From positions 1 through 33,942 of the forward strand of contig CAZJVM010000027.1 in assembly GCA_964549305.1 (NCBI GenBank): DNA of 33,942 bases, written 5' to 3'. The stretch comes from an uncultured bacterium (GTDB taxonomy: Bacteria > Schekmanbacteria > GWA2-38-11 > J061). This document shows positions 1 to 8,135 of this stretch, one piece after another. The position numbers and the translations under genes were made by a program. Within the stretch, counting starts at the first letter, position 1, and each line of letters starts with the position of its first letter. The notes under the pieces are model-generated. The model searched no databases. It was not told the origin of the DNA and saw only the letters and a list, made by a program, of their open reading frames with translations.

Positions 1-141
1 GATAGGAGCGCAAAAGCAGGGAAAAGATATTTCTACAAGCTTGTCGATATTGAAATTGGAGGTGATGAAAATGTGAATGAGCCAAATCCCAGTGCAAAAA
101 TAAAAGCTAAAAATAAACGGCAGAAGAAACACAGAAAATAG
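1..141 (+). CDS. 3' end of a CDS truncated by the window edge; probable secreted/surface protein
   Basis: Frame +1 is open from base 1: DRSAKAGKRYFYKLVDIEIGGDENVNEPNPSAKIKAKNKRQKKHRK, TAG at 139-141. The D..A..G..YFYKLVD...G pattern resembles the end of Fn3/Ig-like modules in secreted proteins. Confidence 0.65.
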   Translation, partial: DRSAKAGKRYFYKLVDIEIGGDENVNEPNPSAKIKAKNKRQKKHRK

Positions 142-179
142 ATTATAAAAATTATAAATAATGATAAGGAGTTATTATT

Positions 180-344
180 ATGAATAACAATATGAAAGAG
201 ATGGAAAAAAAGAAAGACGAGGTGGTAAAATCGGGAAAGGATTTAAAACCAAAATATGCTTCTCCTGAGATAATAACTTATTCAGGTGATGACATTTTGA
301 AGGAGTTAGGCACTGCGAAAACCTGCAGTCCTTTTCCTCCATAA
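180..344 (+). CDS. Putative RiPP precursor peptide, 54 aa (not in ORF track)
   Basis: AAGGAG RBS precedes ATG 180. Translation MNNNMKEMEKKKDEVVKSGKDLKPKYASPEIITYSGDDILKELGTAKTCSPFPP, TAA 342-344. Has a KPKYxxPxI RRE-binding-type motif and lies directly upstream of an RRE-fused radical SAM gene. Confidence 0.85.
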   Translation: MNNNMKEMEKKKDEVVKSGKDLKPKYASPEIITYSGDDILKELGTAKTCSPFPP

Positions 345-370
345 GACAAAGCGATTAAAAAAGATACTTG

Positions 371-414
371 AAACCTTGCCTTAAAAATGAACTTTTAAGG
401 CAGGGTTTTTTTTT
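371..414 (+). terminator. Rho-independent terminator between precursor and radical SAM gene
   Basis: Stem AAACCTTGCCTTAAAA (371-386) pairs with TTTTAAGGCAGGGTTT (393-408) with one G-U pair; 6-nt loop; T run to 414. Confidence 0.85.
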
Positions 415-440
415 GAAAAAAAGTTATTTATTTTTTAAAT

Positions 441-1802
441 ATGCGAAAAATGGAAGATAGAAAAACTTATAACCCCACAGTGAGTCAGAGCTTTTTTCTG
501 GAAAGAAGAGAAGGAAAAAACCTTCTTACCCACAGAAATCGTCGTGCGTTTGTCGTTGTCAATGACTCGGGACTTGAAATTATCCGCTTAATGGACGGAA
601 GCAGAAGTATTGATGATATAAGTAAAATAATTGCCGGTAAATATGGAGTTAATAGCAAAACCGTTCGGGAAGATGTTTTAAATCTGATAAGAAAGCTTGA
701 AGAAAGCGGTTTTCTTGATAATAACAATATTGAAACGATGACCGGTAAATGTTCTCCCGAATCCCTTTCAATCCATATAACAGACAAGTGCAACCTATCC
801 TGTCTTCACTGCTACAATGAAAGCAGTCCTTCTTCCCTAAAAGAACTTTCATTTGAGAAAATAAAGGAATTGATTGAATGTTTTAAGAAACTTGGAGGTG
901 AATCGCTTACTCTTACGGGAGGTGACCCTCTCCTGCATCCTCATTTTCAAGAAATTCTGAAAATGACAAAAAGATTTAAGCACGTATCCGTCTTAACAAA
1001 CGGAACTAATATAGACAGTAATTTTGCAAAACTGCTTAATGAATCGGGTGCGCGAATCCAGATTAGTCTTGACGGGTCAACTGCGCAGATAAATGACCGG
1101 ATAAGAGGGAAGGGAGCTTTTAAAAAGATTGGAAGAGGAATTGAATATCTCAAAAAAAATGGTGCCGGAGATAAAATAGTTATTTCCGCTACTGCGATGA
1201 GACAGAATATCCGCAATGTTCCGGCAATTATTGAACTTGCAGAAGGAATGGGAATAAAAAATTTCAGATGCCTTCCATTGAGGCGGGAGGGATGCGCAGA
1301 TAAAAACCGCGATGAGATATCTTCGGGGATTGATATTGATGATTATTATTCTCTTTACAGAGAGATTGACCGTTTGAGGGAGATTAAAAAAGGAAAGATT
1401 GATATTGAAACCGGATTCGGAAGGTCCGCATTGAATATGCAAGGCGATGAAAACGGGCTTTCATGTCCTGTGGGAAAAACATTCACTGTCTATGCGCGGG
1501 GCGATGTGTTTCCTTGCCCTGTAATGATGGATGAAATATTTTGCGTGGGAAATGTTTACGAAATGCCGCTTGATGTGATAATCAATTCAACTGCAGTCTC
1601 CACTCTGAGGAAATCCTGCGCAGAGAGAAAGGAGAAGATAAAGAAATGCTCTCTCTGCCTTTGGAAGAATTTCTGCGAAGGCGGTTGTGCGGCAATTGCC
1701 TACCTGCAGAAGGGAACTATTGAGGATGCAGATGATTTCTGTGGGATAAGAAAGGAATTCCTCGGCAAATCTCTTTGGGGGATAGTTTCGGAGAAAGGTT
1801 GA
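441..1802 (+). CDS. PqqD/RRE-fused radical SAM/SPASM peptide maturase
   Basis: N-terminal ~95 aa PqqD-like (VNDSGLEIIRLMDGSRSIDDISKIIAGKYGV...VREDVLNLIRKLEESGFL); CNLSCLHC motif; SPASM cysteines CPVG...VFPC...CSLCLWKNFCEGGC...C. Confidence 0.92.
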   Translation: MRKMEDRKTYNPTVSQSFFLERREGKNLLTHRNRRAFVVVNDSGLEIIRLMDGSRSIDDISKIIAGKYGVNSKTVREDVLNLIRKLEESGFLDNNNIETMTGKCSPESLSIHITDKCNLSCLHCYNESSPSSLKELSFEKIKELIECFKKLGGESLTLTGGDPLLHPHFQEILKMTKRFKHVSVLTNGTNIDSNFAKLLNESGARIQISLDGSTAQINDRIRGKGAFKKIGRGIEYLKKNGAGDKIVISATAMRQNIRNVPAIIELAEGMGIKNFRCLPLRREGCADKNRDEISSGIDIDDYYSLYREIDRLREIKKGKIDIETGFGRSALNMQGDENGLSCPVGKTFTVYARGDVFPCPVMMDEIFCVGNVYEMPLDVIINSTAVSTLRKSCAERKEKIKKCSLCLWKNFCEGGCAAIAYLQKGTIEDADDFCGIRKEFLGKSLWGIVSEKG

Positions 1803-1807
1803 TTATT

Positions 1808-2956
1808 ATGAATTACAAAGGAGAAGGAAAGGGATATTCGCGCAATATACGCAGAGCTTTTTACAAGATTCTCGATTTTTCTTTTCTTATGGAATCGGAT
1901 TCAAAGTCATTGCTCGATGCTTTTGAAAACTCATATGGAAGATTTAAAAAAAATGATATTTCCGGGAAGTTTTCCACATTCGGTTTTTTTACAGTGAAAG
2001 CGGAAGAAAATCCTTATGTGATTTTCAAAGGTAAAAAATATAATCTTCCTCCCTCGGAGAATGTACATATTTACGCGGTCTCATTCGTAATGAGAAATGT
2101 GATAGAAAACATCAGGGAGTACTTCCTCATACACGCAAGCGCAGTTGAACGAAACGGGGATGCAATAGTTATTTCCGGGCCTCCCTCACACGGCAAGACA
2201 AGTCTTGCTCTGAAACTTTCCGAAAAGGGATTTAATCTCCTTTCCGATGAGTATGCCCCCCTTTGCAGAAAGAATGGCAATCTATTGCCCTTCCTGCAGG
2301 CAGTAGGCATAGAAGATGAGGCATTGGAGTTGTTTTGGAAGGGGAAATATGCTGAAAAAGATAAACGGATAAGAAATGATTTACGCAGTAAAGCAAAGTG
2401 GGTAATCGATGCTGATAGTATCAGTCACGTAAAAAGCGATATGAAATTCGGATTGAAATATTTTTTCCTCCTTAAATCCTCAGGCACAAATGAAAAGGAG
2501 GATGTCGTTGAGGTCGCTTTTTTGCGTAATGCCGAAACCATCAAGGATAAATTCTGCCATATTGATGAAGTTACGGTTATCTCTGAAGGAGTGGTTGACG
2601 GTTATGCCTCCGCAAGGTTTTCCGTACCTAAAACCAGGAATGTCATAAACGCCTTTGATAAAGTGCGACATAAAGAAAAAGAGCACATAATTTATGTTGA
2701 GAAGATTGAAGAGGGTAACCCCGATTTTTCGAAGAAACCTTCTGCAAGAGAGGTTTCCATACAACCCCTTTCCATTGAAATTATGAAAAATATGAGAAAT
2801 TTCACTAAAGGAAGCGAGCTTTTTGAAGAGTTTGAAGGAGATTATTCAAGAGTGATTTTTGAAATTACCGCTTTGTTAAGGGGTGTGAAATGTTTTACCC
2901 TGAAACCGGGAAACCTTGATGATACTGCAGACCTCCTGATTGACATTATTTCCTGA
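1808..2956 (+). CDS. HprK-related P-loop Ser/Thr kinase
   Basis: IHASAV motif, Walker A GPPSHGKTS, LLSDE. ATG 1808 after AAAGG is preferred over the ORF-track start at 1775. Confidence 0.85.
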   Translation: MNYKGEGKGYSRNIRRAFYKILDFSFLMESDSKSLLDAFENSYGRFKKNDISGKFSTFGFFTVKAEENPYVIFKGKKYNLPPSENVHIYAVSFVMRNVIENIREYFLIHASAVERNGDAIVISGPPSHGKTSLALKLSEKGFNLLSDEYAPLCRKNGNLLPFLQAVGIEDEALELFWKGKYAEKDKRIRNDLRSKAKWVIDADSISHVKSDMKFGLKYFFLLKSSGTNEKEDVVEVAFLRNAETIKDKFCHIDEVTVISEGVVDGYASARFSVPKTRNVINAFDKVRHKEKEHIIYVEKIEEGNPDFSKKPSAREVSIQPLSIEIMKNMRNFTKGSELFEEFEGDYSRVIFEITALLRGVKCFTLKPGNLDDTADLLIDIIS

Positions 2957-3013
2957 TATATTATTGATTTAAAAGAGCTTTTAATGGCGGCAACCTTTAA
3001 AGAACCTAATGCG

Positions 3014-6000
3014 ATGATAAAAAGATTTTACCTTGTCATATTTTGCCTCTTCTTTTTTGTCTATGCTGATTCGCGTTTCTGCGAATCCGTTGAATCCCTT
3101 AGACTTATAAGCGGGAATGACTCGGGTCTGGTTGGCGAATATCAATTGCCCTCTTATTCCATTGTCAATGCTACAGACCAAAAAGAAGTCGGTTATTCAG
3201 AAATTGAGATACCTGATACATTCCCGTTGCTTGAATGCGGCAAACCTAAAATTGTTCAAAAGTCTTTTATGATTGCAATTCCCGAAGATGTAAGTCCTCG
3301 CATTGAAATTCTTTATAAAGAAACGGAAGACATCGGTGATATTAATATTCCTTTGGCGAAAAAAAAATATTATCCAGATGAATCTTTCATTGAAGCGAAT
3401 AAGGCATCCGGTCTGTGCGAAGGAATATTTAATGAGAATACTTTATATCCTCAAAATATAATTGAAATCGATAATATTGGTTTTCTGAGAAATCAGAAAG
3501 TCGCGAGAGTTACAATCTATCCTGCCAGGTATCTGCTGTCTGAGCAAAAATTGAAGATATGTAAAAAACTGAAATTCAAAATACATTTTGATAATATCGC
3601 GGGAAGCGCGAGAAGAATTGTAAAAGGTGGTTTCCCGGGAATGTCGCGAGGGAGAAACAATACTTTTGACAGGTTAATAAGCGCTTCGGTCATAAACAGT
3701 TATTCGCCTTCTCAGGGATTTAAAAATAATAATTTGTCAAAATCATTTAAGCAGGCAAAACTTCAGGAATTTAATTTAAAAGTCAAAACAAAATCTGCCG
3801 GGTTTTATGTGATTGGCTATGATGAGTTTAAAAAACTGCATTATGCTCCTGAAAGCATTGATCCCCGTAATCTGCGAATTTTTCATAAAGATGTTGAAGT
3901 ACCGCTTTTTATTGAGGGAGAAGATGATGGAAAATTCGACAAAGGAGATTTCCTTGTTTTTTATGCCAATGATGTTGACAGTGAATACAGTCGTTACAAT
4001 ATATATATTCTTTCATACGGAAGCACTTCGGGGTTGAGGATGGCAAAAAGAGACGGGACTCCAACGACTACCGTGAATGTAACTGAGGATTTCAGGAATA
4101 AAATTCATTTCGAGGAAAACATCGAATATGTGAAATATACTTTTGAAGAAGGAGCAGACCACTGGTATTGGAGCAAACTAAACCCCGGGGGAAAAAAGAA
4201 TTTTCCCTTCGAGGTGAACAATCCATTATACGCAGATAGTAATATTACAGTAACAGTTTCAATCAGGGGATTTACTTATAATTCTTCGGACACAGAAAAT
4301 CATCACGCAAAAATATCTTTAAACGGAGAGCTTATAGGGGAAAAATATTTCAAAGGGCAGGAAGAAGTTCTCTATGAAACATCGGTTTCGGACACATCAC
4401 TTATCGACGGGGAAAATTATTTGTCCGTAGAAAACCCCGGAGATACGGGTTCATCAGTTTACATTGACATCTTTCTTTTTAATTCCATTGATGTAAATTT
4501 CAGGCAAAAGCTCAAAGCCGAAAAAGATGAAATAATTTTTTCGTTGGAAGGTAATACCGGTGAAACATTCGGAATAAGCGACTTTTCCGGAAGCGATATT
4601 TGGGCATTTGATATAAGCAACGCAGAATCCCCTGAGATAATCACAGGCGTATTGAAAAATGCTTATGAAGATGAAGAAAAACTCAGCAAGTATAAAGCCT
4701 ATTATTCGGATAATTCGGATTCTGCTGGGACAATTTATCTGCTTTCATCGGATAAGTTTAAAAAACCTCTCAAAATATCCGAAATCTCGCCTCAAAAAAT
4801 TAAGGGTACATCAACGGGAGTTGATTATATTGCCATAGTTCATGATAAATTTTTTGATGCAGTAAAACCGCTTTTGAAATTCAGGGAGAAGAAGGGGTTA
4901 AAGGCAAAAGCGTTTAAAATTTCAGACATCTACAATGAGTTTAGTTCGGGAATTCCCGACGCGCGGGCAATAAAGGATTTTTTACGATACGTCTATGAAA
5001 ACTGGGATCCTGTTCCTGCATATGTACTCCTGGTAGGAGATACAGTTTTGGATTATAAAAATTATCTCAATTACGGGAGAAAATCATATATTCCCGTAAA
5101 ATATCTTGATTCAAGGTTTTCGGCGGAGTATCCAAGCGACAGTTGGTTTGTGGAAGTGAACGGTGATGACATATTTCCGGATATGCTAATTGGCAGAATA
5201 CCTGCCAACAGCGTGTCGGATTTAAAGGCGGTAATTAAGAAGATTAAAAAATATGAGAATGGCTCATCCGGCAAGGTGTGGCAGAAGAAAGCAGTTTTTG
5301 TTGCCGATAATAACGATGATATTTTTCAAAACGGCCTTGACTATTTGGCGGATACTTACCTTTATTCCGATTTTAGTCTTAAAAGGATATATCTGTCTGA
5401 CTATAACGATTGCACGAATAGCGGATGCTCTTCTGTTACAAAAGATATTTTGGACAGTATTAGCGCGGGCACATTGATGACAGTTTATTCGGGGCATGGA
5501 AACGTCAATAACTGGGCAGGTGAATTAGCGTTGCAGACTTCGGATTTGGATAAAATCAAACAAAATAAAAAATATACATTTTTGACGACTTTAAACTGCA
5601 ATAACGGATATTTCGTTAGATTGGGAGAGAAGTTTTCATTGGGTGAAAAATTTCTTATGACAGACAATGGCGGGGCAATAGGCGCCTTTGTGTCAACGGG
5701 CTTGGCGTTTGCAAATGAAGAGAAAAATCTTTCAGTAGAACTTTTTAAATTAATTTTTGATGAAGGTGAAAACGAGCTTGGATATATTACAACGAAAGCA
5801 AGAGTATCAGCGTACAGCTATGGCATTTCAGATGAGATTATCAAATTCTTTCTTCTTTTCGGCGATCCCGCGCTTCGCCTCAAAATAAATACCGAAAGAA
5901 TCATTCCGCAAAGTCCTTTAAACGGTGATAAAATTTCAAAACAGGATAAAGACAGGTTGTTTTTTTCATGGCAGTCGCCTCAGAGTTATAAATTCAGAAT

Positions 6001-6223
6001 TCAGTTTTCCGAAGATGAGCTATTCACCAATAAATACGGGTTTAAAATACCTCTAAAGGGCTGGATAAAGAAGAATAAGAAAAAATGCGAAAAAGTGAAA
6101 GCCCAAAGCATCAGGGAATTAATCGATGGCAACGATGGAGAAATATTCTGGAGAATCAAAGGTAAGCCCGTTAAAGGAGTTGAAGGAAAAACTTTATTCA
6201 GTACTTCGAGAAAGATGAGATAG
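3014..6223 (+). CDS. Secreted C25 (gingipain/PorU-like) cysteine peptidase with N-terminal propeptide
   Basis: Signal peptide MIKRFYLVIFCLFFFVYA from ATG 3014 (track start 2984). Propeptide-like region (GKPKI...YP...GFLRNQKVARVTIYP). C25 motifs IYNEFSSG, YVLLVGD, PDMLIGRIP, catalytic YSGHG and LNCNNG, LFGDPAL. Confidence 0.9.
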   Translation: MIKRFYLVIFCLFFFVYADSRFCESVESLRLISGNDSGLVGEYQLPSYSIVNATDQKEVGYSEIEIPDTFPLLECGKPKIVQKSFMIAIPEDVSPRIEILYKETEDIGDINIPLAKKKYYPDESFIEANKASGLCEGIFNENTLYPQNIIEIDNIGFLRNQKVARVTIYPARYLLSEQKLKICKKLKFKIHFDNIAGSARRIVKGGFPGMSRGRNNTFDRLISASVINSYSPSQGFKNNNLSKSFKQAKLQEFNLKVKTKSAGFYVIGYDEFKKLHYAPESIDPRNLRIFHKDVEVPLFIEGEDDGKFDKGDFLVFYANDVDSEYSRYNIYILSYGSTSGLRMAKRDGTPTTTVNVTEDFRNKIHFEENIEYVKYTFEEGADHWYWSKLNPGGKKNFPFEVNNPLYADSNITVTVSIRGFTYNSSDTENHHAKISLNGELIGEKYFKGQEEVLYETSVSDTSLIDGENYLSVENPGDTGSSVYIDIFLFNSIDVNFRQKLKAEKDEIIFSLEGNTGETFGISDFSGSDIWAFDISNAESPEIITGVLKNAYEDEEKLSKYKAYYSDNSDSAGTIYLLSSDKFKKPLKISEISPQKIKGTSTGVDYIAIVHDKFFDAVKPLLKFREKKGLKAKAFKISDIYNEFSSGIPDARAIKDFLRYVYENWDPVPAYVLLVGDTVLDYKNYLNYGRKSYIPVKYLDSRFSAEYPSDSWFVEVNGDDIFPDMLIGRIPANSVSDLKAVIKKIKKYENGSSGKVWQKKAVFVADNNDDIFQNGLDYLADTYLYSDFSLKRIYLSDYNDCTNSGCSSVTKDILDSISAGTLMTVYSGHGNVNNWAGELALQTSDLDKIKQNKKYTFLTTLNCNNGYFVRLGEKFSLGEKFLMTDNGGAIGAFVSTGLAFANEEKNLSVELFKLIFDEGENELGYITTKARVSAYSYGISDEIIKFFLLFGDPALRLKINTERIIPQSPLNGDKISKQDKDRLFFSWQSPQSYKFRIQFSEDELFTNKYGFKIPLKGWIKKNKKKCEKVKAQSIRELIDGNDGEIFWRIKGKPVKGVEGKTLFSTSRKMR

Positions 6224-6246
6224 CTCCTTTTTTATTTCAAAAGAAA

Positions 6247-6795
6247 ATGCCATACAAAAATGATACAGACATTTCGTGGCGAATCCATTCAGGACTTCAT
6301 AGTAATGGCTATATCATTATGAATATTTCCGGGACGAGCATGAATCCCATCTTATCTGAAGGCGACGAGATAACCGTAGAAAAAATCAAGTTTGAAGATA
6401 TCCGCAAAGGAGATATCCTCCTTTTCAGGATTGGCGACACTTTTTTTGCCCACAGGTTTGTGAAATATATTAAGCGCAGAGATGACCGAAAGGGAAAAAT
6501 CATTCAATGCGGTGACAACAGCATGGAGTTTAAACCTGTTGATGAAGATGCTGTTGTGGGAAGAGTGAAAAGCGTAAAGAGGATAGATTCGGTAGATTGT
6601 CTGACACAAGGCAGTTGGAAAATTTTAAACAGACTGACAGGTATTATTCAGAATGCTTTATACACAGTCACGTGTAAAGCAGAGAAAGAGGAAAATAAAA
6701 AAATTTTACAAATTTATGGTAAAATAACACATATCTTTGCTAAAACTACCATAGGTTTTTTTTCACGTTTAAGGGGCTTTTTTTCAAAAAAATGA
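6247..6795 (+). CDS. S24/S26 family serine peptidase (signal-peptidase-like, no N-terminal TM)
   Basis: GTSMNP (catalytic Ser), KGDILLF, AHR (Ser-His type dyad), GDN, VVGRV. Confidence 0.85.
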   Translation: MPYKNDTDISWRIHSGLHSNGYIIMNISGTSMNPILSEGDEITVEKIKFEDIRKGDILLFRIGDTFFAHRFVKYIKRRDDRKGKIIQCGDNSMEFKPVDEDAVVGRVKSVKRIDSVDCLTQGSWKILNRLTGIIQNALYTVTCKAEKEENKKILQIYGKITHIFAKTTIGFFSRLRGFFSKK

Positions 6796-6804
6796 TGAGA
6801 AAAG

Positions 6805-7902
6805 GTGAAAAAACAAAATAATATCAGCGCCTATGCAGACTACATCTTGGTTTTTTTCAGTACTATCCTGATTTTTCTTACAATTCCCTATGTCCCAAAA
6901 ATATGGCTATCCCTTGAAAGCGATGAGAAGAGAATTGCTGTCAATATTCTTTACTTTCTTTTTTTGTCAACTGCCCTTGCACTAATTTTTATTATATTCC
7001 GAAAAAAAGATTATTCTTTTTTAAGATTTGGAATTCTTCTGATAATTTCATATTTTTATGTTGAAGTATTTTTAAGCCTTTATCGTTTTCCGGCGGAAAA
7101 ATTTCATCTTGCCGAGTATGGAGTTCTGACATTATTCGCTTTCAGGTTGTTTTTAAAGAAAAACAGCGCTTTGTCTGCAATCGTCAAAGCGACTTTTTAT
7201 ACTTTCTATGTAAGCATTATAGACGAAACAATCCAGTGGATAGTGCCGGGGAGAGTGGGGACATACGAGGATTTAATAATAAACATTAAAAGTGTGCTTC
7301 TTTCCCTCGCTGTTGTGTGCGTGATTGTTTTTCCCGTGAAACAGGGGATGAGATTTACCAGAAAAGAAGTAAAAGAGTCTTTGTTCTATTGCTTTTTCGC
7401 CGTGATTTTAATCTGTTTTTTCCTTTATAATGTTCATAGCTATGGATATGTAATTAAAGATGAGGATTTGAGTTTTTACTCTTCTCTGACTAAATCGGAG
7501 TTGGAGGAAGTTTCAGAAAAAATTATCAGGAAGAAGGAGTTGTTGAAAGATTCTCAGATAGACAGGGCAATAAAGGATAAAAAGATAGAGCATCTCGAAG
7601 AAGAGAAAAGAAATATTGCCTATTTTTTGAGCGAGAGATACAGGCACCTCACCGAGAGCGAGATCGCGTTATCTAAAAACAAAAAGGAAAAAGCATATTT
7701 TGAAAAGCTCATAGCAGACAGGTATTATCCTCTTTACGACCTGCACGACAAAAAGACGGAAATTGTCCGGCAAAACAAAGCGGAGGGGATTTACACAAGC
7801 CCTGTAAAATCTGAACTAATAGTGAGTTTCTCAAAAAAGCAACTCATCTTAGCGGGTTTTTTTTCCGGCGCTATTGTTTTAGCCGTCGCTATATTTGTTT
7901 GA
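6805..7902 (+). CDS. VanZ-like multi-pass membrane protein with soluble C-terminal insert
   Basis: EKFHLAEYGVL and IIDETIQWIVPGRVGTYEDLIIN are VanZ-type motifs; many hydrophobic helices; GTG start. Confidence 0.8.
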   Translation: MKKQNNISAYADYILVFFSTILIFLTIPYVPKIWLSLESDEKRIAVNILYFLFLSTALALIFIIFRKKDYSFLRFGILLIISYFYVEVFLSLYRFPAEKFHLAEYGVLTLFAFRLFLKKNSALSAIVKATFYTFYVSIIDETIQWIVPGRVGTYEDLIINIKSVLLSLAVVCVIVFPVKQGMRFTRKEVKESLFYCFFAVILICFFLYNVHSYGYVIKDEDLSFYSSLTKSELEEVSEKIIRKKELLKDSQIDRAIKDKKIEHLEEEKRNIAYFLSERYRHLTESEIALSKNKKEKAYFEKLIADRYYPLYDLHDKKTEIVRQNKAEGIYTSPVKSELIVSFSKKQLILAGFFSGAIVLAVAIFV

Positions 7903-8135
7903 AAAATGGTTACAGCGGGGAATAATGAGATAAATCGGACTGATAAAGGTTAATCAGAATTAAATGCTATCTAACCTTCTGTTATTTTTGAAAAATCTTA
8001 ATATAATAATCGACTCATATTGAATTGATGCTTTAATGCAATAAGCCTCATAGGCAGTTGACTGTAAGCCGAATATCTTTTTTTAATTGTTAACTTTTCT
8101 ACAGCTTCGGGATACAATATTTCCACGGAATAAAT

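Noticed and set aside
1808-2956. Canonical HPr kinase/phosphorylase (hprK) for either kinase
   Set aside because: Both lack the GxSGxGKSE signature and any PTS gene context.
8058-8087. Sigma-70 promoter TTGACT-N18-TTTAAT before the GT4 operon
   Set aside because: Plausible but weak in AT-rich DNA.
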